This document shows positions 38,995 to 52,335 of a stretch of 64,000 nt of DNA, one piece after another. The first letter of the stretch is position 1, and each line of letters begins with the position of its first letter. The notes beneath the pieces were generated by a model that saw nothing but the letters and a program-made list of their open reading frames with translations, was not told the origin of the DNA and ran no database searches. The position numbers and the translations under genes are program-made. This stretch comes from Lama glama (lineage: Eukaryota). The stretch covers positions 23,872,001 to 23,936,000 of the forward strand of contig CM052818.1 of the NCBI GenBank assembly GCA_028534125.1, given 5' to 3'.

Positions 38995-39622
38995 GGCACA
39001 GAAATAGGCACTGACACAGTGAGTCACTTCCAGGAAAACATTTCTGTCTTTTTAAGAGCATCTGAACACATCAGCGCCTTTTGCTCACTAAAAATGCCAC
39101 ATATTCTCAGAAATAATGTACATAAATTGAGAGACTGGGAAACATGAGTAATAATGCCTCTATCTTTAGCAAATTTCTCTTTAACAGCACCTAACTTATC
39201 ACTTGCTCAGAGTAAGTGTACAGATTTGAGAATTATTCATAGGCAAGCATTCAGTAAATGATTTCCTCTTTACATAGAACCACGCTATGAAAATCCTTTC
39301 CCCCCTCATTTTGCCTCTGTGAAACATAACCTAGGCAGGTGGCTTCTGTAACTTTAGGGATAGAGTCACCTATCCCAGATGAATCTTTATAGGTAATTAG
39401 GGAGCTGGGCTTATGAACTTGCCATCTGTCTCACATCGGGTTAGCTAGGGTTTGGGGGCATTTCTCTGTCCTTGAGACACACTTTAGAGCTATGCAATTC
39501 AACATGTATTTAAATAGCATGACTATGACATACTTAAGACTTGGAGAAATCATCGGCAACTCGAGTTCTAGCAACTCTTCAAGGGCTTGTGGAGTAGAGG
39601 CAAAGCAGTTAGGAGAAACCTC

Positions 39623-39767
39623 GGTTAGGGTTAGGGTTAGGGCTAGGGTTAGGGTTTGGGTTTGGGTTGGGGCTAGGGTTAGGGTTGGGGTTAGGGTTGG
39701 GGTTAGGGCTAGGGTTAGGTCTAGGGTTGGGGTTAGGGTTAGGGTTAGGTCTAGGGTTAGGTTAGGG
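39623..39767 (+). repeat. Interstitial telomeric sequence, degenerate (TTAGGG)n
   Basis: 24 units: 10 TTAGGG, 5 CTAGGG, 4 TTGGGG, 2 TTTGGG, 2 TTAGGT, 1 TTAGG. Confidence 0.95.
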
Positions 39768-39907
39768 ATGTCTATAATTGTTTTCACATGGCTCTGGGTC
39801 TGTAAGTCCAAACTAATTCACCTTCAAGCTAGTCCTTAACTAATGGTAATGCAACTACAATAATTAAATATTTAAATCAATTGAGTGAACCCAGTGAGAT
39901 TTCCACT

Positions 39908-40279
39908 TATAATCTCCCTCTGATGAGTAAAGGAAGTCTTCAGACTTGTGCAAAGCTGCTCTGGGATTCCGTTTTCACTATTTCAACCAAATTTTGTAGA
40001 CTGCCTACATTGTATCATGGTTCTAATAAACTGGGAATATAAAAACTGAAAATGACAGCTGTTCTGCCCTAAAATGAGTTTAAGTTTTCAAGACAGTGAC
40101 AAAATAAGAAGTGTATGCTGAGGGAAAAGTAGTATGGAGAGGTCTGTAGGTGGCAACTAGGTAGTTAGGTTGTCAGTGGATACAGAAAACAGGAAATGGA
40201 GTGTGGGTTAAAAAAAATTAGCGATTAGGACCTTATCACAGATGGCAAACACATAAAGCCATTTTCTCCCTCTTTATTC
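39908..40279 (-). repeat. Right arm of ~360-bp inverted duplication
   Basis: Reverse complement of 38593-38950, roughly 80-85% identical by eye with one ~10-bp indel. Confidence 0.92.
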
Positions 40280-40384
40280 AGGCGAGTTGATAAGATGAAC
40301 AAAAAGTCTGCTTCTATTTAGCATCCATGAACAAAGAAAGCTGCACATGATGAAGCACAGTATTGGCCCTTCATAGGGTTTCTA

Positions 40385-40640
40385 ACAGATTCTGTTTGTT
40401 GCCTTCCAGTATGTGTTCACCCTTTCTTCCTTGTTAACACAATCTTGATTATATCCAGAGAAGCAATGTTCCCAGATAGGCAGTCACTCTCCCAGCCTCC
40501 CTTGCTGGCGGGAGTGGCCATGAAGCACAGTCTGACCAATGAGACGTGTAAGTTTACAGCATTTTATTCCAAATGATTTTGTTTTCTTGAAAAAAGGGGA
40601 CATCTACAGCTAGTATGTAGCTTTCTATCTCCTGTTTTCA
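40385..40640 (+). mobile_element. LTR33-like ERVL LTR fragment
   Basis: 'tcccagcctcccttgctggcgggagtggccatgaagcacagtctgaccaatgagacgt'. Confidence 0.6.
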
Positions 40641-40749
40641 AATAAGCCCTTCTTTTCCTTCCTGATAATACACAATCTATCCAGATCCCTTTTCAGAAAA
40701 TTTTCTCAAATGGTTAATTTATATTTTAGTTTTTCCAATTTCTCTACTC

Positions 40750-42118
40750 TCACTCTATTTTAAACACATGCTAATCACATTTTCACCCACCACTTACCAA
40801 AACCCTCCCCACAGTCGCTAAAGCCTTCCAGCTGTCAATACAATGGTTATTTCTTAACTCTCCTATTAGCTCATCTGACAGCAGAATTTGAAACTCTTGA
40901 TCAGTTCATCCTTTTTAAAAAACACTTTCTTCATTTTCTTCCTTGGGACACCACTCTCTTTGAATAATCCAGCCTCTCATTTTTGTTCCCTGTACCAGAC
41001 CTTCTCATATTCCTGAATTCAATGTGTTGGCTGCAAGCTTGAAGCTGGGAACGCCTCTCTCTCTCTTCATACAGTCTTTTGAATCATCTCTAATGCCGAG
41101 TCTTGAAAACACCATCAATTCACTGCAAACTCCCACAGTTCTATCTCTGGCCCACATTACTTCACTGAGATCCAATCTCAAATTCTCAACATTGCCATTT
41201 GAATCTCAAGCACTCACGTAAAATTTAACAAGTTCCAAACAGAATTGCTGAGTTCCCTTAAACCTGCTCTTTCTCCATCTCAGGCAACTCCCTAGTTTCA
41301 TTTGCTCATGCCAAAATCTCCATCATGCTTTATAGCTCTCTTTTATTCCTACCCTACAATGCCCAGTCACCAAAGCCTGTCAGGTCTGTAAAGCAGATTA
41401 TTCACAGAAAGTGACTGTTTCCCATTACCCCATCACACTGGTTCGAGCCACCTTCATTGCTCACCAGATTATTGCATGATTCTTACACATTCTCCTGTTT
41501 TCACTTTGTCTCCCTATGGTCTGCCCTTCATGGAAAAGCCACGTGGTGATCATTCCACAATGTAAGTCACGTCAAATCATTTCTGTGGTCAAAACCCTCC
41601 AAATGACTATCCTTGGAGAAAGAGAAAAGTCAAAATCTTGATGTGGCCTCTGCAGCCCTGTTACTCTCTCGTTCTGACTTTTTATTCACCATCTACTGGC
41701 TCTCCTCATCCCACAAATGCTTCAGGCCTGGTCCTGCCTCTGCATTTGCAATAATGCTATCTACAGGCATTTCCTTCAGATAATGATGAGTGGCTCCTTC
41801 ACTTATTCAGTTTCCTACTCAAATGTTACCCCACCAGAAAATCCTTCCCTGACCACCCTCTATAAGACAGCCTTCACTTCAGTTACCTCTTCCTCCTCCT
41901 GTTCTACATACCCTGCTCCACTGCACTGCCACCTAACACACCGCTATTTGCATATATGTTTATTTTCTGTGGATTTTCAGTAAAATGTAAACTCTACGAA
42001 AGCAGGAGGTTTGTTTTGCTTATCTAAAATTGTGCTTGGGTCTTGATGACCCCAAACCTTGTAGAGTCTCGATGAATATTTGTTTAATGAACAAACAGGG
42101 GAATCAATGAATAAATGA
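40750..42118 (+). mobile_element. L2 LINE 3' portion (~1.35 kb)
   Basis: Pyrimidine-rich L2 body ending 'aatgtaaactctacgaaagcagga...gatgaatatttgtttaatgaac...tgaataaatga'. Confidence 0.85.
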
Positions 42119-43849
42119 GCAGTTATGATGAGCTTTTTGCATCATTAAAATTATGTGCACCCCCACACTTTAAGTAATATGAGAAAATACTTCACATACA
42201 GTAAGTTGCCAAAGCAAGCAAAACAATGCTTTGGAAAAACAAGCCTAATATTTTGTATTTTTATTAGAAAGCCTAATTTCTTTAATAATTGACATAGACA
42301 TATACATATGCCAATTATTAAAACGACTACATCAAAATATTGACAGTGATTTTAGTTCAGTTTGGGACCGAAATATCTTCTTTATATTTGACTTTTATAT
42401 TCTCAAGTTTTTATTAATCTGCATGCATTATTTTAGGGGCACAAAAGATTTATTTTTAAAAATAAATAAAATCAATAATGATTACTTACATACTGTCTTA
42501 TCTTTTCCACTTACATTCTTGACCGTGCCCAACATAACGCCATGCATATAGCAAGTGTGTTACAAATATGTGGAAAATAGATGACTAAAATGCTACTTTA
42601 ACGTGAAAAATTTCAAAATCAGTTTTAACTTTCTGGCAACAGTATTTCATGAACACTTTTATATATTCAGGCACATAGTCATTCTGCAATTATTTTTTAA
42701 GCAGGATTTCTGACAGGCAAGATTCTAAGAACATAAGGGTGATTATGACAGCTGAAGTTTCTACCTTATGGAACTTACCTTCTACTACAATTGAGACGTG
42801 GTAAGCTCTATAAATTTGTAAAATGTAAATAATAGTCACCTATGAATAAACTTCTATCTTAAAAATAAAATGGGTTTTTGCTGGCATCTTATCCTTTCTT
42901 TCTATTTGTTGGGTATTGTAGTTAAATATTAAGACAAATTAAGGATATTTTATTTGATTAGAAACAATATGAAATTCTTTTTGAAGACATGTTTTGAGGG
43001 CCTAGTTGAGTTTATTTTATTGACCTTTGATTTCCCCTTATATACAGTGTGATAAACTATAATTATTACTGCTGTTTGTACCTTATCATCATCATCATCA
43101 TCATCAATATGTGCCTAACAGCTCAGACATGAATCATACTAAGAATATTAAAGCTATGATGTACATACAATGCACAGTTTGTAGCACAATTTGTATATTT
43201 TAGCTCTTAACCATTACAGATACCAAATGTTTATAAGCTTAACTGATTCAGTTTGGGTGATTATAAAGTGAAATCATGTGAATTCATTAGGTTATCAGAT
43301 TCCAAAGCCATTTGATTATCTGCTTAATTCTTCTTTCTCTAATTTCATGCTCACCAAGTGTCATTCTGATTATAATTTGCTTTTTGATATAACTTTTCAT
43401 CAGAGTTAAAAGATGGGTGTTGGTGAAGTTCCAATGAGGACAGACTTGACAGTAATATTTCTTGACTAATATAATTAAATTGTCATGATGTAACATATGT
43501 TTATGTAAAACCAATGTATAAATAAAATTTTCCAGATTGGTTACAACTATGTCATATCTAATATGAGTAGAAATACCAATAACACTTTACCAATTACACA
43601 AGTAATTAAATACTGATAAGCAATGTCATATTTCCTTAGATTATCAGAATGCCTTTTCCAAAACAAGATTTTACATAAATCTGTGCATGACTGAACTAAG
43701 CTGAACAGCTCAGTCTAAAGTGTAACACTTGCACTTGCAAAATGATGCAAACACTGTAGTGTATCCTAATTATACCCTCCAAATATTAGTTACCCATTTT
43801 CACCTACAACTTAACGGTATATTTCTACAGAGTAACATCTTGCTATCCA

Positions 43850-44605
43850 ATACCAAAGAATAAATTAAATATAAGATGCTTAAACAACTACTGAGAAAAT
43901 TACAAAATATTACTTAGAGAAACTGTGAAAGACCTAAGTAACTGAAACATTACATCTCATTAATGAATTGGAAAACTAAATATTGCAAAGATGTCAGGTC
44001 TACCCAAATCCTTCTCTAGTTCAGTTTAATCCAATCCCAGTACTATTTTGGTAGAATTGAACTTACATACGAAAACAGGAAGGTTCAAAACTAGTCAACA
44101 TAATGTCGAAGAATAAGAACAATCTGAAGGAATTTTACTAAAATATATAAAGATATTAGAACACCACAGTAATTAATAACCACATGCGTCTAGTTTAGCA
44201 AAGATGACAAATAAGCCAAAAGAACTGGACAGGAAGCCCAGAAATACGTGATCATTTGATTTATGACAATGACATCACTGGGATGGAGAGGAGAAAGGTT
44301 TCTTTTGGTGATTTTTATAATGATGTGGGTCAATTGTATATTCATAGGTAAAAAATAAATAATTTTATTCCTTGCCTCCTATGATAAACAAAAACCTACT
44401 ACAGGTAGAATGTAGAACTAAATGTAAAAAAGTAAAATAAAATGTCATCAACTAAAACTACAAAGATAATTAAAAGGTGAGCAATACCGTATTTGCGATA
44501 AATTTGTGATACAGGACATGAAATTTAGAATATTAAAAACTCCTACAAAACAATTTTTATAAAGCCAACCCAACTTAAACAGTGTGCAAAAGGTCTGAAC
44601 AGAAA
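43850..44605 (+). mobile_element. Old L1 ORF2 fragment
   Basis: 'gaaaattacaaaatattacttagagaaactgtgaaagacctaagtaactg...tattgcaaagatgtcagg...gatcatttgatttatgacaa'. Confidence 0.75.
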
Positions 44606-46329
44606 TGTGCCCCTCTGTTTATGCACAAAAACACAGTACAGAATGGAGGAAGCTCAGCTGTTACCTAACTCGGCCCCCTCCCTTGTGTTGGATGGCCTTA
44701 GCACTATGTTAATAAGCATAATGGAATGAAGACCAGAAAGACCTGAACTGTCCTAAAGTAAGTCAATAAGAAATAAAATTATGACTTATGTATGCTTATA
44801 TTCTTACTTGTTACCCCAAATATTTTATTAATCCATATAGCTTCTATTCAGTTATGCCAGAAAGTAGAAAATTTAGTGAATTTGAACTGCTGAAAACCAT
44901 AACAGCCTTGTTAGAGAAAAATTAATTTACATATATTTGCATATTTTATTTTGATACTTATATAATTTTGTTGCAGAAAAATAGCAGGATATTTAAATAT
45001 AAGAAAAAAGAGAACAATGTAATACACAAACAAAAGATGGAAAGCTGGAAACAAAACAAAAACAACCTGAGTTTAGGTAAGAGGTATCTCTGACACCACA
45101 GGGGTGGTGAGAATTATTCTCATGAAATGGCTAACCAAATGTACAAAAATATCAGTATGTAGATGAAGAAACATAGTTCTGTACCTATTTAGGCTTTCAT
45201 CTCTGAGCTTGGTTTGCCTGTTATTTGCTTTCAGGACAGGTATTAAAAGGACAGATAAGGGAGGGGGAAAAAAGCAATTTTTAGCATAATGAACAAGACA
45301 ATTGAAAATTTTAAAACTGACCTTGAATATGCTTGAGTCAGCAATGGTTTGAAAAAATAAGCAATGGGATATACAATGATTTAAAAAATCATGAGAGTAT
45401 GTTGTATCCTTGACATTTTATTTTATTGAAACTAGCATGTCATAGCACATTTTTGCGAGTAATTTATACATTGTATAGCTCAATAATTCATTATTTTCTG
45501 AGAGCTAACTCCTAGTATACTACAGTAACCATCATTTCTGAAGCCTAGAAAAAGAGTAGAGCTGACCATGTTTTGAATGCTTACCATTTGAGTTTGATAT
45601 TCCCAAAAGACTAGTCTATGTAATTAATTCTCCCCTACTCAATAATGCATGTTTCTTCATTCCTCTTTACTCCCATCAGCAAGTATTCTGCATTTATGAC
45701 TCATAATGTCTTAATAATGTAGGATCTTTAAGTGACACAGTTTTCTGCAGTAGACTGAGTCCTTACCAGGAAACAGCTTTAGGAGTGAGGAAAGAAATAT
45801 CATATTTTGAGGACACTGCAGAAAGATTTCCAGTCTTTGAAATCTTTGTATTAAATTGTCAGACTCCAGCCAAATGTCTGAATTCTAGTTAACTCAACCT
45901 TTGGTAGGCAAATAATAATAGGGAGGTATGGTTTTCTGACACATTTTTGTATTGGAATTCAGCCCATCTCATGTGGAAAGCTAATATGCAATATTTAAGG
46001 CTGTAGCATTGCTTCCAGATTCAAACAATAAACTCTTAGATAAATTAGTGGCCTCCTGCAGTTTCTAAAAGAAGTATTTTAGTCACTCCCTTAATCACAG
46101 TGTCCTGTAATTACTGAACCTGTCTGACACAAGCAGGCATTACATTCTGTGGTGATTGAATTGCAATAATTTGCATTTAATACTTATTTAAAAAAATTAT
46201 ACCACTTACCAAATTATTGTGCTTGATAGAACTAATACACTGATATGTTGGAAATATTACCTACAATGTCCTTTTTAAATTTAAGAAAAGGCCTTGATGT
46301 CTAAAGAGAATACATCCTCATTCAAAATG

Positions 46330-46503
46330 GGAGCAGTATGGTGTGATGCAAAGAACAAGACTTTAACTCAAACAGATTTGGGTTCAAATTCTGACTCTTC
46401 CAGAGACCATGAGCAGAGGACATAATTTCATTTTGCCTTAGTTTTTGTTTTGTTTTGTTTTTTCAGTTCAATGCTACTGAATCAGAGGATTAGAGATAAT
46501 TTA
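46330..46503 (+). mobile_element. MIR SINE (interrupted by MER82)
   Basis: 'gagcagtatggtgtgatgcaaagaacaagactttaactcaaacagatttgggttcaaattctgactct'. Confidence 0.7.
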
Positions 46504-46505
46504 GA

Positions 46506-47126
46506 CAGTCAATCCTCCTTATACGTAGATTCTCTATTTGTAAATCTGCCTAGTCACTAAAATTTGTTTGTAACCCCCAAATCAATGACTGTGGCTTCTT
46601 TGTGGCCATGCATGGGTGGGCACAAAGCAGCAAAAAGGCTGAATCCTCCAATGTGCACCTTCCCAGCTGAGTTCGAGAAGGCTGTGCCCTGCCCTCTTGT
46701 CTCAGCTCTCATCATGTAACAAGTGTGGTCTGTACAGTTTTACATTTTTGGCATTTTAATGCTTTTTCGTGGTGATTTTGCAGTTTAAAATGGCCCTCGA
46801 ATGATAGGTGTGCTAATATTTCTAAATGCAAGAAGTGTATGATGTGTCCTATAGGCAAAAAAAAAAAAAAACACGTTGAGACCAACTGTGTTCAGGCTTG
46901 AGTTACAGTGCTGTGAGTTCAATATTAGTGAGTCAAAAATAAGGTGTCTCTGTTTTAAACAGAAATACACATGGAACAAAACTACATATCAATTAGCTGA
47001 CAAAAATGATATTAGTGGCTCATGGGACCCTCACCCTGTATTTCCCATAGGAGATAAGCTTCAATATGCGTTAATTCAGTGTTGCCGGTGACTTTGTGAC
47101 TATCCACAAACAATGAAAATTGACTG
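46506..47126 (+). mobile_element. MER82-type Tigger-family element
   Basis: Ends CAGTCAAT...ATTGACTG; 'aaaatttgtttgtaacccccaaatcaat...ttcccagctgagttcgagaagg...tcttgtctcagctctcat'. Confidence 0.8.
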
Positions 47127-47177
47127 CATGCATACACAAGTTGAGTGCTTGATACATTATAGTCAGAAAAAAAAAAG

Positions 47178-47622
47178 CAACCTTTGACATGTAGGAGCTG
47201 GCCTGGCACCCCCAGCTAGGTATTGGTATTGGAGCATAAATGATTTCACAGAATGTCCACATCAGACCAGGAGACTCTGTGACCTTGATGGCTCTCATCC
47301 CTCACAGTGAATACGAACGATGGCTGCTTCTTTACCTTTTGCCTATTACCCCTCATAGTTGCCCCTCTCTACGGATAAGATCTGTTGAGATAACTATGTT
47401 TAGAATTGCCCTCAATCTCAGACAACACCCAATCCAGACCAACTTCCATTGTTTTGGACTCTCCCCAAAATCACCACCAACCCACATCCAAATCCTTTAT
47501 GACACCCTCCTGCCCTACAGTTGCCCATGCCGCACATTCTCCCTCCCTGCAGTTAGAAGCCAGCCCATCCCGTTCAACTATGCATGTGTTCCTCATGGTC
47601 TTTGGCTGGAGGACTTTGACAA
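47178..47622 (+). mobile_element. Solo ERV1 LTR, MER67-like
   Basis: 'gatttcacagaatgtccacatcagaccaggagactctgtgacc...tgtgttcctcatggtctttggctggaggactttgaca'. Confidence 0.6.
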
Positions 47623-47705
47623 CAGACATCCCATAACTAGCAGGTAGAAGTAGTTTGGTTGATTTTATAGATACATTTGTAAGGTTAACCCTTGCTAACT
47701 ATCCT

Positions 47706-47826
47706 AGATAGACTATATATAGATAGATAGATAGATATAGATATAGATATATTTATAGATATATTTATAGATATATATGCATATATATATATTTATAGAT
47801 ATATAGATAGACTAAATATATATATG
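47706..47826. repeat. (GATA)/(TA) microsatellite
   Basis: agatagatagatagatatagatatagatatatttatagat. Confidence 0.9.
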
Positions 47827-47931
47827 CAGTGTAATTCCCTCATAGATAGTGAATTTTGCTGTTGCCAGTGTGTTTCAGTTTATTTATTGTTTTGTATAGT
47901 CCCACGAACTGTTAAAATGTAGAAACTTTAA

Positions 47932-48448
47932 TGTATTACATATGGCTCATATTTTCTGATGCTTTGACATCTTAGGGCCTTGCTGACTCTAGAGAGACTG
48001 CTTCTTCCAGGGCTAGCTAATTCCAGCAAACTGCTCACCAACACATTTTATACAGAAACCAACCAGACCAAAGTCCATATCTCTAACCACCTCCTTTATA
48101 CGCTTACACCTGGGTCACTACTGCCCTTCCCTAATCACCTCAGGGCCAAGTACCAGACAGCTAGAGATAGCTGTTATGCCCCTAAATCCGCTGAAACTAG
48201 TCAAACTCGTCAGGAATTGCTTACTTACTACTTACAGCCTACTTCCCCTCGCTTGCCCACTCTTTCCCATAGAAACCACAGCAAAGGCTCCTGCTCCCTC
48301 TGCCTCCTGACTGATCCCGGTGCTTCCTTGTGTGGCCCTCCATGGTGTGCCACGCCTTCTTCTCCTGGGATCCACGAGTATAACAAATCTCCTGATCTGT
48401 TGGCCTTGCTCTACCTAAACAAAAATAAAAGCTATATTTTAAAGCACT
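47932..48448 (+). mobile_element. Solo LTR, MER74-type (ERVL)
   Basis: 'tgatgctttgacatcttagggccttgctgactctagagagactgc...cagggccaagtaccagacagctagaga'. Confidence 0.8.
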
Positions 48449-51188
48449 TAGCCTTTGTCATAATGGAATTTAGAGCGTAACACTGGAGACTGGATAACTC
48501 ACACAAGAGAACAAAAAGAAAACGACCAAACGTAATATGTAACTAAAGCAAATCTACGCAAAGCCGAGTGCTAAGGCATTGTTTGCAGCAACCATGAAAG
48601 GGCTCTATGAGAGATTAAGGACAGCAGTGCTTGGAGGAATGCAGTTTAATGTTGAATGAGGGAAAGTTGAGGGTCTTTGCGGAGAGGTGATGAATAAAGC
48701 AGTGATTTTGGCAGTAGGTGACTCCCCTGCAAAATTACTTGATTGAAGTGTAACATTATAGTTCTCACATTTTAAATTTATTTTTACATGGACTTGATTG
48801 AGAATGGATTAAAATGTCTAAATGACACTAACCCTCAAAAGCAAGTATCTTTCTGACATTTTTTTCAGCGGCAGAATGGAATCCAGCCGTTTGTTTCATT
48901 TTTAAAGGGACTATCCTAAAGCACGTTTGATGTTTATGACATACACTTCTGTATCCAGGCAACATGACTTTGAAGAAGAGGCCTGATTATTGATATTTTA
49001 TAGCTGGAGTTCCAAGAATACCAAAAGAAATAGCCGTTGTGGAAGCAGAAATAGCCCACAGACCAGGGCTCCTAGAAAATTGGGATAATTATTGAAATCA
49101 ATTCTGGTTTACAAAGAATATAGAAGCTGAACACATGCTGCTAAAGTGCACTTAGCTCACCTGTGGTTTACCATACTCTTTTTCTTTTTTATAATGCCCA
49201 GATTTTGTAAAGGCCACATAGAATTTCTAACAGATCATTAATGAAAACCACTTATGGCAGTGATGGGAACACCAACCTATCACAGCTCTTAAAAATCTAC
49301 ACTTTATGTAACTTGGAAATTCATAGAATGGAATGAAAATTACTAAATCGATTACAACAAATGATATTTATAAATAACATGTCTATGGAAGTTCTTTTTA
49401 AAGCTTTTAACACTTAAATGATTCAATTTATTTATGGTGTGGTTAATACGACTTGGATTTGAGAAGTCATATGTGTATGAATAATCCCATGAATCTTTGG
49501 TAATTATTCATTCATTGCTACACCCCCACTTGATCCATACATGATTCATGAATCCCATAGCTGACTTTTCAGAATAAAACGTAATTGTAGTCATCAGTTC
49601 TATAGTGTAAATGATTGCCTTAGATTGGGGAAGGAGTGATCTGGCTTCATGCCCAATGAACAGGAGACCACGTTCATATGACACCACTGCCTGGGAGAGG
49701 GAACAAATGCCCAAACCAAAGGAATGGTATTAATATGACTTCAAGTCTGTTTAGACCATAGGAAATCCAGATAGACAAGGTCAACACAACTCTGCTAAAG
49801 CCTCATAAATCTATTCCATAGTGTGCTCTTTAAGCTTATTGCCCGAATTTATCAGAAGTGATAGTGAAATTCATCTTTTGTTCCTCAGTTAATATAATTC
49901 ATATTTATGCCATCTGTTTGAGGAATTACAGGTAGCATTAAAGAGTAAAGTTTTTGGAGAGGCGAACAAATCTTGTTTTGATTCTTAATATTACAACTTT
50001 CTAAAATAATAACTGAAAATAAATTATTAAACCTTTTGGAGCTTTCATTTTGCTCATTTGTATACCTACTATATCTTAAAGACTTACAGAAATAAAATCA
50101 AAACATATAAAACAACAAGGCCAGCACATAGCAGGTACTCAAAATGTGGATCAGTCTTCAAAAACTAATTCCAAAATAAATAGGGATATTTAGAAGAAAT
50201 AGCTTGAAGGCACCCTTGATCTTAATCAAAACTGAGACGTGAGGGTCTTATCTTTGTCACCATTCAATCAATTTCCCTTTCTAACCGTTTTATTTTTGTA
50301 TGGTGGCTTAGTGCTTGTCAGCATTCTTGATCAATGCCTCTTCTCAGGAGAAAAATCTGTAATATATTCACACTGTGCCGTTATTAATGGATTATCTCTT
50401 CCAAGTATTTACAGACTTTAAAAGACTATAGAATTGGAGATTTCAGTTAATGGGTTCATATGTTTTATAACCAGTACATACGTGTGGGGATGAGTGGGGC
50501 TGGAGGAGAAGGAGGGAGTTCAGAGGTTGAGAGCACCACGAGGGCAGCTAGAATGTTGATTTGCTAAATTTACACATCATGGATTATAACCAGGAAAACT
50601 ACTTTCTGAAGAAAAGGTTGGTGTTCTCTTTTAAGGTACATTACATGAGTACTTATATTCAGAATATTTTCTAAGGACAGATTTCAATGCAATATGTTTT
50701 TAAGTAGGTTTTTCTTTACAGAACTTTTAAATGGTTTTCTGTCTAAAAGTGAACCCACACACAAAAATTAGTAAGAAGGTCCTATAATATATTAAACTCT
50801 ATAAAACTCATAATCTTATAAGACTTTAAGAAAATTTTTCTTTGTAGTGTCCTAGACATTTAATTTTATTCACTTGCTTTTACCATTTCGGGAATAAATG
50901 TACTTTCTTTTCACTCACTGCTGACCATATGTATTAGAAAACACAACTAAAAGTTTGGAGGCTTAGTATTCGAAGTCTAAATTACCAACAATTTGATATT
51001 GAAACATGAATACATTTTTTTTCTTAACCTTTTCAGGTTTAAAAATATGTTATCTGTAAAATTAAAGGAGTTTTTTTCCCTCAGCTTGGAACATTTGCAT
51101 AAGCATACCTGGAGGTCTTCAGGTATCAAAAAGTAAAGAGCAGGGACTGGACAATTGATGAGGGGTGATACATGAGTATACTAACGAT

Positions 51189-52335
51189 GTTGAAGAGTAG
51201 CAGAATATATCACCTCAAAATAACGACTGTAGGAGTTCAGGACATGCTGCCTCCAAGTGCCACTTTGGTATATTTACTGATTTGAACTGTAGACACTTGA
51301 AAACCAGCAGATGCTAGAGAACAGGAATGAGCTTTTCTCTGAACTCCCTTCATCTGCCTGAAGGTAGACCCCTCCAATGGAACTCAGCTGTCACACATCT
51401 TCTCCGAGAGTTTCATCAACCAGGAAAAGATGGACTCTTTTCACAACGGAGGAGACTAGGCGTTAATGCCACACTCAGACAAACTTATCACAAATTGCTG
51501 AAGGGGAGAATTTGTCACCCCTAAATATGCCTCTTTGGCATAAGGAGTATTTTAGACTATTTGTTGAAACAGCAGATACAGGAGAAGTTCTGAAAACTAG
51601 AACTTGGAAGTCAGAAGGAAAACAGAAGTTACTTTTGGAAGAGACATTAATAAAGGAAATCTTCATTCATGAGGGTGTCTCATTCCTTGTAGGAGGAAGA
51701 GGAGGACAACCAAACCTCTAGAAGCTATCAGTGGAGAATGAGAGCTGACAAATCTGCATAACAACCATGTCGTTGTTTACTGTGCTCTTCTGGTAACCTC
51801 CCAGAACTGGCTCCCCAGCCTCCAATATCTTTATTTTGTATTCGGCTAAAGATGGTATTTAAGGTAATGGCCTGGTCCATTTTGAAGAGTTATTCCATTT
51901 TCCTGGGTATCTCCCATGTATATAGGAGGTATACATGTTATTAGCTTTGGTTTGTTTTTCTCCCGTGTGTGTGTGTGTGTGCGTGTGTGTGTGTGTGTGT
52001 TTATGTAATTACAAGAGTGTCTCAGCCAAGAACCTAGAAGCATAGAAGGAAAATTATTTTTCCTTTCCCACACTATCATACCTCCCATATATTCTTCTAA
52101 GGAGCTGTTCATCTTCCCTAAAAATAAATTATTATCTTCAGAGATCTACATTCTCTCACTCTTTCCCCTATTATCATAGTATTTAAACTTGAATTCCAAG
52201 CCATCTCAGGGAGCCCATTTTTCCTTGGGTTTCTTCTATGTATACATGAGTTACACATGTTAATAAACTTCAGCTTGTTTTTCTCTTGTTGATGTATCTT
52301 TTATTACAGGGGTCTCAGCTAAGAACTCAGAAGTT
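51189..52335 (+). mobile_element. MER34-family solo LTR (outer copy, split by the nested LTR)
   Basis: 'gcagaatatatcacctcaaaata...gccactttggtat...' resumes at 52073 and ends 'aataaacttc...ggggtctcagctaagaactcagaag'. Confidence 0.7.
51499..52072 (+). mobile_element. MER34-family solo LTR (nested)
   Basis: TG...CA termini: 'tgaaggggagaatttgtcacccctaaatatgcctctttggcataagga' to 'gaaggaaaattatttttcctttcccaca'. Contains a (TG)n run. Confidence 0.78.

Noticed and set aside
39459..39622. Retrotranscribed telomerase RNA fragment next to the array
   Set aside because: The flank is AT-rich and shows no similarity to the GC-rich TERC sequence as I recall it, beyond a few junction bases.
39623..39767. 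Head-to-head telomere fusion site
   Set aside because: All units are in one orientation and there is no adjoining (CCCTAA)n block or subtelomeric satellite.
39431..39839. ORFs of 126 aa (LTLTL) and 115 aa (VRVRV)
   Set aside because: They are translations of the stop-free telomeric hexamer array, with no evidence of a gene.
38593..40279. DNA transposon with long TIRs, or two independent L2 copies
   Set aside because: There is no TSD or transposase, and arm similarity extends beyond the L2 portion and exceeds that expected between unrelated L2 copies.
47240..48480. ORFs of 135 aa and 166 aa
   Set aside because: They lie within solo LTRs (MER67-like and MER74-type) and resemble no protein I recognise.
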